A DNA stretch of 59,417 bases. It comes from a virus. Below are positions 1 to 9,285 of this stretch, piece after piece; position 1 is the first letter of the stretch; the number at the start of each line of letters is the position of its first letter. The stretch covers positions 1 through 59,417 of IMG/VR virus record IMGVR_UViG_3300003322_000298; one strand, given 5' to 3'. The position numbers were made by a program, and so were the translations under genes. The notes beneath the pieces were generated by a model, which was given only the letters and a program-made list of their open reading frames with translations, ran no database searches and was not told where the DNA came from.

Positions 1-151
1 GCCTCGCTCACATACCCCCGGGGGGTGTCAACCTAGGAAAAACGGGTCTGCTTCTCGACCTGCCGCCGACCTCATTCGCGCCTTTTTTATTCGGACCGGG
101 TTTTAAACACAGTCGCCCCGTTTTTCGCGCTATTCTTGCGACAACAGCAAC
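1..151. repeat. terminal direct repeat copy 1 (identical to 59267-59417)
   Basis: Base-by-base identity of the first 151 nt with the last 151 nt of the window. Confidence 0.95.
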
Positions 152-167
152 GATTGAGGCAAGCGCC

Positions 168-686
168 ATGGCGACGACGCGCAAGAAGGCCGCGGAGGCC
201 GAACCCCAGGAGCAACCCGAGCCGAAACGAGGCCGCGGACGGCCGCCGCACCGGCCCACGGCGGCCACGCGAGAGAAGGTGTCGGTCTGCTGCCTGGCGA
301 AGATGCCCCACGAGCAGATCGCGATGGCGCTGCGCATCGACGCCGACACGCTGAAGAAGCACTACACCTACGAGCTGGCGCACGGCGCGGCCGAGAAGAA
401 GGCGGAGATCATGGGGGCGCTCATGAAGGCGGCGAAGCGCGGCAACGTCTCGGCCAGCAAGGCGCTGATGCAGTTCGACCCGGAACTCGCGCCGCCGGCC
501 GCCGAGCCCGAGAAGGTGAAGGCCGCCGCGGCTGCCCAGGCCGCTGCGCAGGAGGCCGACGCGGCGCGCGCCGCCGGCAAGGCGCCGGAGGGCAAGAAGG
601 AGCAGCAGCGCGCCGAAGCGCTGACGGCCGCTGATGGCACCGGCTGGGGTCCGCTGCTGAATCCGCCGACGTCGACTGTGCAATGA
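168..686 (+). CDS. putative terminase small subunit
   Basis: Lies directly upstream of terL and overlaps it (ATGA). Basic N-terminus KRGRGRPP plus an HTH-like segment PHEQIAMALRIDADTLKKHY. Confidence 0.65.
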   Translation: MATTRKKAAEAEPQEQPEPKRGRGRPPHRPTAATREKVSVCCLAKMPHEQIAMALRIDADTLKKHYTYELAHGAAEKKAEIMGALMKAAKRGNVSASKALMQFDPELAPPAAEPEKVKAAAAAQAAAQEADAARAAGKAPEGKKEQQRAEALTAADGTGWGPLLNPPTSTVQ

Positions 687-2440
687 ACGCGGGTGAGGCC
701 GCCGACCTGGAGGAGTTGCCACCGGTTGAACTGGCAGAGGGTCCCACGTGGGACCTGAGTTGCCCTGACTGGGTGGAGCGTCTCAAGGGCGGCCGCAGTT
801 TGGTGCCCGAGCTGCCGCTCTTCAAGGCCGAGGCTGATCGAGCCGTCGAGATCTTCGGGCGGCTTCGCCTGGCTGACGTGCCGGGCACGCCGCAGCTCAG
901 CGAGGCTGCCGGTCCATGGTTCGTCGACATCGTGCGCGCGCTCTTCGGGTCGTTCGACCCGGTGCTGCAGATGCGCATGATCCGCGAGGTGTTCAACCTC
1001 GTGCCGAAGAAGAACTCGAAAACGAGTTACGGCGCGCTGCTCATGCTGACGGCACTGCTGATGAACCGGCGGCCGAAGGCGGACTTCCTGATGACGGCCC
1101 CCGTACTGGAGACGGCCGACATGGCATTCGACCAGGCGGCCGGCGCGATTTCGCTCGATCCGGTGCTCGTGAAGCTCTTCCACGTTAAGGCGCACCTCAA
1201 GACCATCGTGCACCGCAACACCGGGGCCGAGCTGCAAATTGTCACCTTCGATCCGTCCGTGCTGACTGGGCGCAAGGTATCGGGGGGCGCGCTGATAGAC
1301 GAGCTGCACATCGTGTCCCAGCAAGGCCAGAAGGCGTCGAAGTCGATCCGCCAGCTGCGCGGCGGCATGATGCCCTTCCCCGAGGCCTTCCTCGTCTTCA
1401 TCACGACGCAGGGCGAGGACCCGCCGGCTGGCGCCATGGATGCCGAGCTGCAGGCCGCGCGTGACGTTCGCGACGGCAAGGTGCGCGGGCGCATGCTACC
1501 CGTGCTCTACGAACTGCCTATGGAGCTGCAGGCGATCCCCGAGGATGGCCGGCCGGCGCCCTGGCTGAATCCCCGGCTGTGGCCGATGGTGACGCCGAAC
1601 CTCGGCCGCAGCATCAGCATCCAGGCGCTGCGCGAGGGCCTGGCCAAAGCCAAGCAGACCGGCGAGGCAGAGGTCCGCGGCTGGGCTTCGCAGCACCTAA
1701 ACATCCAGGTCGGCGTGGGCCTTCATGCGCGCTCGTGGGCGGCGGCGCCATACTGGCAGGCGGCCGGCGTCGACTACCTGTCCGGCGGGAAGGATGGCCT
1801 GGCAAAGCTGCTGGAGCTGAGCGAGGTCGTGGTCGCCGGCATCGACGGCGGCGGCCTCGACGACTTGCTCGCGCTGGTCGTGGTCGGTCGGCACGCGAAA
1901 ACGAAGGATTGGCTCGTCTGGGCGCATGCCTGGTGCCATCGCGGCGTGCTCAAGCTGCGGCAGACGGAGGCCGAGAAGCTGCTCGGCTTCGAGTCCGACG
2001 GCGACCTGACCATCGTTGACCACTCGGGCCCCGACGTCGAGGAACTCGGCGACTACATCGAGCAATGCGAGCAGACCGGCCTCCTCGATCGCGTCGGCGT
2101 AGACCAAGCGGGGATTACCGACGTGGCCGACGAGCTGGAGCTGCGCAAGATCGCGCGCGAGCGCGTGGTCGGCATTCCTCAGGGCTGGAAGATGGTTGGC
2201 GTCATCAAGACGACGGAGCGCAACATCCACAGCCGCAAGATCAAGCACGGGCGGCAACGCCTAATGGCCTATGCGATGGGCAACGCAAAGACCGAACCGC
2301 GCGGGAATGCTGTGATAATCACAAAAGAAACGGCGGGCAAGGCTAAGATTGATCCACTTTTGGCAATGCTGGACGCATGCACGCTGATGGGTCTCGACCC
2401 GAAGCCCCGCAAGAAGCTGTATCAGATGCTGATCATCTAG
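683..2440 (+). CDS. terL: terminase large subunit
   Basis: 585 aa, with position and sequence character typical of Terminase_1/COG4626 large terminases. Ends with a rare TAG stop. Confidence 0.9.
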   Translation: MNAGEAADLEELPPVELAEGPTWDLSCPDWVERLKGGRSLVPELPLFKAEADRAVEIFGRLRLADVPGTPQLSEAAGPWFVDIVRALFGSFDPVLQMRMIREVFNLVPKKNSKTSYGALLMLTALLMNRRPKADFLMTAPVLETADMAFDQAAGAISLDPVLVKLFHVKAHLKTIVHRNTGAELQIVTFDPSVLTGRKVSGGALIDELHIVSQQGQKASKSIRQLRGGMMPFPEAFLVFITTQGEDPPAGAMDAELQAARDVRDGKVRGRMLPVLYELPMELQAIPEDGRPAPWLNPRLWPMVTPNLGRSISIQALREGLAKAKQTGEAEVRGWASQHLNIQVGVGLHARSWAAAPYWQAAGVDYLSGGKDGLAKLLELSEVVVAGIDGGGLDDLLALVVVGRHAKTKDWLVWAHAWCHRGVLKLRQTEAEKLLGFESDGDLTIVDHSGPDVEELGDYIEQCEQTGLLDRVGVDQAGITDVADELELRKIARERVVGIPQGWKMVGVIKTTERNIHSRKIKHGRQRLMAYAMGNAKTEPRGNAVIITKETAGKAKIDPLLAMLDACTLMGLDPKPRKKLYQMLII

Positions 2441-2452
2441 GAGCCCGAAGCC

Positions 2453-4462
2453 ATGACGAAGAAACGCGCCTATGCCGAGTTGGCCATCAAGGCTGCGGAG
2501 AGCAGCGATGGGAAGCGCCGGTTCACCGGCATCGCGTCGACCATCAGCACCGACCGCATGGACGATGTGGTCGTGCCCAAGGGCGCCGTCTTCAAGCTCC
2601 CGCTGCCGCTGCTTTGGCAGCACAACAGCCGCGAGCCCATCGGCTGGGTCGTGGCGGCGCGCATCAAAGATTCGCAGATCGAAGTCGATTGCGAGGTGCA
2701 CGTCGAAACCGAGCCGGGCGCGCTGAAGGATCGCCTCGATGAGGCCTGGCAGATGATGAAGGCCGGCCTGGTTCGAGGCCTGTCGATCGGCTTCAATCCG
2801 CTGGAGAGCCTTCGAATCGAGGGCACCTATGGCTACAAGTACACGTCATGGGAGTGGCTCGAACTATCCCCGGTGACGATCGCCGCCAATCAGGAGGCGA
2901 CCATCCTTTCGATCAAATCCGCCGATGAGGCTCTGCTGGCCGCGCAAGGCACAGGGCGGCGCCAGGGCGGCGGATTTGCTCTTCTCCCCGGCGTCTCGGG
3001 GGCACGGCCTGCCGCGCAGCAGCGTGGCGTTTCACTTCAAACCACCCCGAAAGGATCCGCGATGAATATCGCTGCTCAATTGAAGGCCCTGCGTGACGCC
3101 CGCGAAGCCAAGGCCGCGCGCATGCAGGAGATCATGACCAAGGCCGCCAGCGAAGGCCGTTCCACCGACTCCGACGAGGCGAAGGAATTCGACGAACTGG
3201 CACAGGACATCGAGACCGCCGCGAAGGACATCGCGCGCCTCGAAGCTCTGGAGAAGATCACCAAGGCGCAAGCCGTGCCAGCCGGCGCCGAGCGCGGCGA
3301 CCCCACCGAAGTGCGTGGCGGCACCTCGCTGGAAATCGGCCGCATTTTTAGCACGCGCCGCAACATCGAGAAGGGCACGGCCTTCACGCGCTATGCCATG
3401 GCCATTGCCCGCGGCAAGGGCTCCATCGTCGAAGCCATCAACTTCGTCGAGCAGATGACCAAGGCCGGCGGCGCCTGGGAGAACACCCCCGAGGTGTTGA
3501 CCCAGCTCAAGGCCGCCAGTGCTGCCGGCTCGACCACGGACACGACCTTCGCATCGAGCCTGGTCTATGCGCAGAACCTGTCCGATGAGTTCATCGAGCT
3601 TCTGCGTCCGATGACCATCCTCGGCAAGTTCGGTACCGGCAACATCCCGAGCCTGCGTCGCGTGCCATTCAACGTGCGCATGGCCTCGCAGACCGGCGGT
3701 GGCACCTATGGCTGGGTGGGCGAAGGCGCGCCCAAGCCCGTGGGCGAGCTGACCATCACCGACGTCACGCTGCGCTGGGCCAAGGCCGCCGGCATCATCG
3801 TGATCACTGAAGAGCTGGCGAAGTTCTCGTCGCCCACCGCCGAGGCGGTGGTGCGTCAGGACATGCTCGACGGCATGGCGGCCTTCTCTGACGTGCAGTT
3901 CATCAGCCCGCAGGTGTTCGAAGTCGCGAACGTCAGCCCGGCCTCGATCACGAACCTCGTCACCGACACGCCGGCCACCGGCACGACCGCCGACGCGTTC
4001 CGCACCGACATCGCGTCGCTGCTGAACAAGATGTGGACGGCGAATCTCGCGCCTACGTCGGGCGTGTGGATCATGTCGAACCGCATCGCGACGGCGATCT
4101 CGCTGATGCGCAACACGCTGGGCCAGAAGGAATTCCCCGACATGACGCCCATGGGCGGCATGCTGGAAGGATTCCCGGTGATCACCAGCGAATCGGTGCC
4201 CGACACCAGCGACGGCGCGATGATCGTGTTCGTCAACGCGAAGGACATCTTCTTCAGCGATGACGGCCCGGTGACGATCGACACCAGCCGCGAGGCCACG
4301 CTGCAGATGGACACCGCACCGACCGACCCGACCGTCGCCTCCACGGTGTTGATCAGCCTCTGGCAGCGCAACCTGATCGGCCTGCGTGCCGAGCGCTACA
4401 TGAACTGGAAGCGTCGTCGCTCGGCGGCTGTCCAGTACATCAGCGGCGCGAACTACCACTGA
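2453..4462 (+). CDS. HK97-type prohead serine protease fused to major capsid protein
   Basis: N-terminal ~190 aa carry S78-protease strings (LWQHNSREPIGWV, GLSIGF). A coiled-coil delta-like segment follows, then an HK97-like capsid body. An internal ATG at 3062 is preceded by AAAGGA. Confidence 0.88.
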   Translation: MTKKRAYAELAIKAAESSDGKRRFTGIASTISTDRMDDVVVPKGAVFKLPLPLLWQHNSREPIGWVVAARIKDSQIEVDCEVHVETEPGALKDRLDEAWQMMKAGLVRGLSIGFNPLESLRIEGTYGYKYTSWEWLELSPVTIAANQEATILSIKSADEALLAAQGTGRRQGGGFALLPGVSGARPAAQQRGVSLQTTPKGSAMNIAAQLKALRDAREAKAARMQEIMTKAASEGRSTDSDEAKEFDELAQDIETAAKDIARLEALEKITKAQAVPAGAERGDPTEVRGGTSLEIGRIFSTRRNIEKGTAFTRYAMAIARGKGSIVEAINFVEQMTKAGGAWENTPEVLTQLKAASAAGSTTDTTFASSLVYAQNLSDEFIELLRPMTILGKFGTGNIPSLRRVPFNVRMASQTGGGTYGWVGEGAPKPVGELTITDVTLRWAKAAGIIVITEELAKFSSPTAEAVVRQDMLDGMAAFSDVQFISPQVFEVANVSPASITNLVTDTPATGTTADAFRTDIASLLNKMWTANLAPTSGVWIMSNRIATAISLMRNTLGQKEFPDMTPMGGMLEGFPVITSESVPDTSDGAMIVFVNAKDIFFSDDGPVTIDTSREATLQMDTAPTDPTVASTVLISLWQRNLIGLRAERYMNWKRRRSAAVQYISGANYH

Positions 4463-4484
4463 GCGCTGATGCTCTGACCTGAAG

Positions 4485-4509
4485 CCGGCCCCATCACGGG
4501 GCCGGTTTT
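4485..4509 (+). terminator. rho-independent terminator after the capsid gene
   Basis: CCGGCCCC-atcac-GGGGCCGG hairpin followed by TTTT. Confidence 0.7.
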
Positions 4510-4525
4510 CCATAGGAGAACCCAC

Positions 4526-4930
4526 ATGAAGCTGATCGCGAAAGTAGGCCTGCCCTACAAGACCCGCCACCTCGTGGCCGGCGAAGTCTTCGACTGTGAC
4601 GACGAGCGCCTCGCTACCCTGCTGCTGCGCATGGGTCGCGTTGCGCCGGCCGACCAACAGCCGGCAGCAGCCGCAGCGCTGGCATCGGCCGCGCCCGCCG
4701 GCAAGAAAGCCAGGGCCGCGAAGGCCGCCGCGCCCGCCCGGGCGCCGTCGCAGCCCGTCGCCATCATGACGACAGCCTCTGGCCTCATGCCGGGCGGCAG
4801 TCAGGCGCCTGACGACGGCGACAAGAAGGAAGCGCCGGCCGACGACGAGAAGCCGGCCAGCGCATCGAGCAACCAGCCTGACGGCGACAGCACGGACTCT
4901 GCGGGTGGCGGCAGCGGGAGCAGCGAGTAA
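4526..4930 (+). CDS. hypothetical protein, Ala/Pro-rich C-terminal half
   Basis: ORF with GGAGAA 6 nt upstream of the ATG. Low-complexity tail. Confidence 0.5.
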   Translation: MKLIAKVGLPYKTRHLVAGEVFDCDDERLATLLLRMGRVAPADQQPAAAAALASAAPAGKKARAAKAAAPARAPSQPVAIMTTASGLMPGGSQAPDDGDKKEAPADDEKPASASSNQPDGDSTDSAGGGSGSSE

Positions 4931-5178
4931 TGGCTGCCGGCGAAGTCGTCGTCGAGGTGAAGCTCTCGCGCGCCGCTCTTGCACTGGCGTTGCTGCGTGG
5001 CATCATGGCCGCGCTCGTATCTGCAGAACTGTGGGCGATGGCGCTGATCTTCATCGGCTTCGCGCTGATCGTGGCCGGTGTGGCTTTGATCTATGGCCTT
5101 GGCGCAGCGCTGATCGTGGCCGGTGCTTCATGCCTGCTACTGGCTGGGTTCATCTTTCGAGGGATGACGCATGTCTAA
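4930..5178 (+). CDS. small membrane protein
   Basis: ORF coupled TAATG to the upstream gene. Two or three hydrophobic helices. Confidence 0.5.
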   Translation: MAAGEVVVEVKLSRAALALALLRGIMAALVSAELWAMALIFIGFALIVAGVALIYGLGAALIVAGASCLLLAGFIFRGMTHV

Positions 5179-6610
5179 CCTATCCGTCTTCGGCGCGCTG
5201 CGCGGCGCTCTCACGGTGAAGGAGCCGGTCGACGTTTCCCTGCAGAACCTGCATCCACCAGGGCCTGGCGGCGGCGGCTGGTGGCCCATCGTGCGCGAGT
5301 CGTTCCCCGGCGCTTGGCAGCAGAACGTCGAGATCCGTCGCGACCTAGCCCTCGCGAACTGGGCGGTCTTCTCCTGCCTCACGCGGATCTCGAACGACAT
5401 GGGCAAGATGCGGCTTCGCCTAGTCAACGAAACCGCAGACGGCACTTGGGAAGAGACGCAGAGCCCGGCCTTCTCGCCGGTGCTGCGCAAGCCGAACCGG
5501 TATCAGACGCGGCAGAAGTTCATCGAGCACTGGCTGATCTCCAAGCTGGCCCACGGCAATACCTATGTGCTGAAGGAGCGCGACAAGCGCGGCGTCGTCG
5601 TCGCCCTCTACGTGCTCGACCCGCAACGGTGCAAGCCCCTCGTCGCGCCCGACGGCTCGGTCTACTACGCGCTGTGCGATGACTGGCTCGCCGGCCTCGA
5701 TCAATCTCTGCCCGCCGTGCCGGCAAGCGAGGTGATCCACGACGTCATGTATGCGCTCTTTCACCCGCTGTGCGGGCTGCCGCCCCTCTTCGCGTGCTCG
5801 CTGGCAGCCAGTACCGGCCTCAAGGCGCAGGAGAATGCCGCGCGCTTCTTCGCGAACCAGAGCATGCCGAGTGGCATCATCACGGCGCCCGAGCAGATCG
5901 AGGACACCGTCGCGGCGCGCATCAAAGCACACTGGGAGAATGGCTACACCGGGGTGAACGCCGGCCGCGTGGCTGTGCTGGGCGACGGCATGGAATACAA
6001 GCCGCTGGCCATGAAGTTCGTCGACTCCGACATGATCAATCAGCTGAAGCTCAGCGGGCAGATGATCTGCTCGACCTTCCACGTGCCGCCGTGGAAGGTG
6101 GGCCTCGAAGCGCTGCCGTCGGGTCAGAAGGTCGGCGACATGAACCAGATTTATTACAACGACTGCCTGCAGCCGCTGATCGAGTCGATCGAGGGCCTGC
6201 TCGACGATGGCCTCGGGCTGACCGAGCCGAAGGACGGCGTTCTCATGGGCACCGAGTTCGACCTGAGCGACCTCATCAAGATGGACGAGGGCACGCAGAT
6301 CACCACGCTGAACGAGGCCGTGAAGGGCGGATGGATGAAGCCCGACGAAGCGCGCCGTCGCCGCAACCTGCGGCCGGTGGAGGGCGGCAATACGCCGTAT
6401 ATGCAGCAGCAGAACTTCGCGCTGTCCGACCTAGCGCGCCGCTCGCAGCTCGACGACCCCTTCTCTGCCGGCAAGGCCGCGCCGCCGGCTCCCGCGCCGG
6501 CACCGGCAGATCCGCCGTCGCCGGAAGACGATGGCGCAGCCAATGATGCCGCGAAGGCATTCGCCGAGGCGCTGATCGAGCGCTTGATCCAGGCGACGGC
6601 GGAGACCTGA
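5171..6610 (+). CDS. portal protein (HK97 family)
   Basis: 479 aa with N-terminal region and length typical of Phage_portal family proteins. Confidence 0.9.
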   Translation: MSNLSVFGALRGALTVKEPVDVSLQNLHPPGPGGGGWWPIVRESFPGAWQQNVEIRRDLALANWAVFSCLTRISNDMGKMRLRLVNETADGTWEETQSPAFSPVLRKPNRYQTRQKFIEHWLISKLAHGNTYVLKERDKRGVVVALYVLDPQRCKPLVAPDGSVYYALCDDWLAGLDQSLPAVPASEVIHDVMYALFHPLCGLPPLFACSLAASTGLKAQENAARFFANQSMPSGIITAPEQIEDTVAARIKAHWENGYTGVNAGRVAVLGDGMEYKPLAMKFVDSDMINQLKLSGQMICSTFHVPPWKVGLEALPSGQKVGDMNQIYYNDCLQPLIESIEGLLDDGLGLTEPKDGVLMGTEFDLSDLIKMDEGTQITTLNEAVKGGWMKPDEARRRRNLRPVEGGNTPYMQQQNFALSDLARRSQLDDPFSAGKAAPPAPAPAPADPPSPEDDGAANDAAKAFAEALIERLIQATAET

Positions 6611-6614
6611 CGTC

Positions 6615-7157
6615 ATGGCGCGCGATGGCCGAGACGGTCGGGACGGGCGAGACGGCCTCGATGGCAGGGACGCAGATCCGGAGTTCATCCGCGCGGAAAT
6701 CGCGCGCATGCTCGCCGAGCTGCCGAAGCCGCGCGACGGCCGTGACTTCGACCCAGAACTTATGGCCCGCGAGGTGCAGCGCGCCGTCGATGCCATCCCG
6801 CGGCCGAAAGACGGCGCGCCCGGTCGTGACGGCCGCGATGGTCAGAGCGTCGATCGCGAGTTCGTGCGGCGCTACCTGCAGGCCGCCGTGGCCAACATGC
6901 GCGAGGCCAAGGACGGCGAGCCCGGCCCTCAGGGTCCGCGCGGCCCCGTCGGTCCCATGCCTCGGCATCGCTGGGTCGACGAGACGAAACTGCAGTTCGA
7001 GCGGCCGGATGGCACGTGGGGAGAAGCCGTCCAGCTGAAGGGCGAGCGCGGCGAGAAGGGCGAGCGCGGGCGCGACGGCATCGGCGGGGGCGTGGTCGTG
7101 CAGCAAGGCGGCGGAACAGGATCCGGCAACAGTTACTTTCCCGGAGGGTGGGCATGA
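6615..7157 (+). CDS. collagen-like repeat protein
   Basis: Four interrupted Gly-X-Y blocks: GRDGRDGRDGLDGRD, GAPGRDGRDGQS, GEPGPQGPRGPVGPM, GERGEKGERGRDGIG. Confidence 0.75.
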   Translation: MARDGRDGRDGRDGLDGRDADPEFIRAEIARMLAELPKPRDGRDFDPELMAREVQRAVDAIPRPKDGAPGRDGRDGQSVDREFVRRYLQAAVANMREAKDGEPGPQGPRGPVGPMPRHRWVDETKLQFERPDGTWGEAVQLKGERGEKGERGRDGIGGGVVVQQGGGTGSGNSYFPGGWA

Positions 7158-7903
7158 CAACGGTCTTCGATACGATCGCCGAGGTGTATCAGGAGGTCGC
7201 CGAGGAGACGACGAACGCCGTCGACGGCGGCAGCACGGATCGCTTCCTGCTCGTCGGCACGTTCACGATTAATGCATTCGGCGGCGCGCCAAACAATACG
7301 GACGCGCGCTACCCCACGGGGCCATCGCCGGCCGGCACAGGGTTGACGAGAATCGGGGCCGAGCTTGCCTACTTCTTCGGCAACGCGAATCAATCTGTCT
7401 GGCAAGGCGTGGGGCCGACTGGCGCGAGCGCTGTCTATGCGTCATTCGACGGCGGCTTTCGGCAGGGAATTGCCGCGCTGACGCTCGAAGGCACGTCTGG
7501 CTATCACGACGCGACGACCAACACCGGAGCCGTCGAGGACGTGACGGCTGTGGCCAGCGTGACGGTGCCGAATTGCGTCGAGGGTGAACTCGTGCTGGCC
7601 TACGTCACCTCGTCGTCTATCGACGGCTTTGCGGCGCCCTTCACCCCGGTGTCGGGGACGAGCATCCTTGTGCAGGCCGATGACGACTTCGACTCGCATT
7701 GCTGGATCGGAGCCGTCGCCCTCGCAGACGGCAACGTGACCCTACAGGTCAACGCAAACAACGGCTCGGGCGGCACCAATCTGCTGTCGTGGGCTGCGCG
7801 AGGCCTTGCGATGGTGGACACTGGCGGCGGCGTCACGATCGTGGCCGGCCCGCTCGTCGACGGAGCCATGCTCAAATCCAAACTGAAAGGGCTCGTGCAA
7901 TGA
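7154..7903 (+). CDS. hypothetical virion-module protein
   Basis: ATG 7154 overlaps the upstream stop (ATGA). The upstream part of ORF 7016-7903 is an out-of-frame overlap. Confidence 0.6.
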   Translation: MTTVFDTIAEVYQEVAEETTNAVDGGSTDRFLLVGTFTINAFGGAPNNTDARYPTGPSPAGTGLTRIGAELAYFFGNANQSVWQGVGPTGASAVYASFDGGFRQGIAALTLEGTSGYHDATTNTGAVEDVTAVASVTVPNCVEGELVLAYVTSSSIDGFAAPFTPVSGTSILVQADDDFDSHCWIGAVALADGNVTLQVNANNGSGGTNLLSWAARGLAMVDTGGGVTIVAGPLVDGAMLKSKLKGLVQ

Positions 7904-8868
7904 CTCAGCACCTTGGTGACTTCCCCGTCAACGCGACGGTTCATTTCAAGTGGAGCACGAACGACGCCAATGGCGCGGCCATCACGCGCGCCACGAATGG
8001 CACGGTCTCCGTGTACATCGGCAGCAGCACGACCCAGCTCACGACGGGCGTCACCGATACCGAGGACTTCGACAGCACGACGGGCTTGCACCACTGCTCG
8101 ATCGACCTGTCGTCGAGCGGCACCTATGCCGCCGGCAGCGAATGCCAGGTTGTGCTGAGCGGCGCCACGATTGACGGTCAGACGGTGAATGCCGTGCTGG
8201 CCAGTTTCAGCATCGAGCGCAGCGGCGGCGTGCTGGCGCTGCTGAAGGGCGCAAACGGCCTTGCGCAGATCCGCACGGACATCGCGGGCGTGCAGAGCGA
8301 CACCGACAATATCCAGGGGCGTCTGCCGGCCGCTCTCGTCGGCGGCAAGATGGATGCGAACGTGGGCGCTGTCGACAACAATGCCATTACCGCGGCGTCC
8401 CTGGCAGCTGACGCCGGCACCGAGATCGCGAACGCGGTGTGGGCGAGCGGCACGCGCACGATCACCGCACTCGACGAAGACAGCACGACCCTCGACCTGG
8501 ACGCTACGATTCGCGGGGCCGTCGGCCTGGCTGCAGCGAACCTCGACACACAACTCGGCGCGATCGACACCGATGTCGGTTCCATCCTCGACGACACCGG
8601 CACGTCCGGCGTTGTGGTGGCGACTGGCAGCAAGACGGGATACCGCCTTAGCGCCACGGGCGTCGACGACATCCTCGACGAGACCGTCGAGACCGGCGCG
8701 ACGCTGCGTGAGTCGATCCGCGGTCACAACGCGGCTCTTCTCGGCAAGGCCTCTGGTCTGGAGACGACAGGCGTTGCCTTCCGCAACCTGGCCGACACGA
8801 AGGACGTGATCACGGCGACCGTCGACAGCGACGGCAACCGCTCGGCAGTGACGGTGGATCTCACCTGA
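7900..8868 (+). CDS. hypothetical virion-module protein
   Basis: ATG 7900 with ATGA coupling. Thr/Ser/Asp/Gly-rich 322 aa. Confidence 0.6.
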   Translation: MTQHLGDFPVNATVHFKWSTNDANGAAITRATNGTVSVYIGSSTTQLTTGVTDTEDFDSTTGLHHCSIDLSSSGTYAAGSECQVVLSGATIDGQTVNAVLASFSIERSGGVLALLKGANGLAQIRTDIAGVQSDTDNIQGRLPAALVGGKMDANVGAVDNNAITAASLAADAGTEIANAVWASGTRTITALDEDSTTLDLDATIRGAVGLAAANLDTQLGAIDTDVGSILDDTGTSGVVVATGSKTGYRLSATGVDDILDETVETGATLRESIRGHNAALLGKASGLETTGVAFRNLADTKDVITATVDSDGNRSAVTVDLT

Positions 8869-8877
8869 CGGGCCGCC

Positions 8878-9285
8878 ATGTTCGGGCGCGCGTATTTTGG
8901 TGGCGGCTACTTCGGGCACCGTTACTTCGGTGACGGCGGCAGCATTCCGGCGACCGGCGCCAGCGCGGCGGCCGTCTGGGCCTATGTGCTGCCGAACGGG
9001 AAGAGCGCAGGGCAGAACATCGTCGAGATCAACGCCGGTATTTCAGCGCTACTGGCCATGCCGTCTTGCCTGGAGACGAACATCGAGGGCGGCTTCACTG
9101 CTGCCGACATCCTGCGGGTTCTCGCCGCGGTTGCCGCCGGCAAGACGACAATCACGGCGGGCGGCGGTGGTGCCGCCCAGGTGCAGTTCCGCTCGATCGA
9201 TGACACGCGCGAGGTGATCGACGCGAGCATGCAGGGCAGCGAACGAATCGACCTCACAATCGACCCCGGAGAGACGCCGTCATGA
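8878..9285 (+). CDS. hypothetical protein (YFGG-repeat N-terminus)
   Basis: ORF starting MFGRAYFGGGYFGHRYFGDGG. Confidence 0.6.
   Translation: MFGRAYFGGGYFGHRYFGDGGSIPATGASAAAVWAYVLPNGKSAGQNIVEINAGISALLAMPSCLETNIEGGFTAADILRVLAAVAAGKTTITAGGGGAAQVQFRSIDDTREVIDASMQGSERIDLTIDPGETPS

Noticed and set aside
3032-4984. 650-aa ORF on the minus strand antisense to the capsid gene. Many similar long antisense or alternative-frame ORFs occur in the track, for example 368-1324, 7600-8919, 8982-10397, 34286-35896.
   Set aside because: The products are Arg/Gly/Ala/His-rich low-complexity sequence typical of non-coding frames in GC-rich DNA. Each fully overlaps a gene with clear family motifs and proper gene-to-gene coupling.
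6615-6665. Short tandem nucleotide repeats (GACGG/CGAGACGG units), considered as a possible CRISPR-like or satellite array.
   Set aside because: They are the coding repeats of the Gly-Arg-Asp collagen-like triplets. There is no spacer-repeat architecture.
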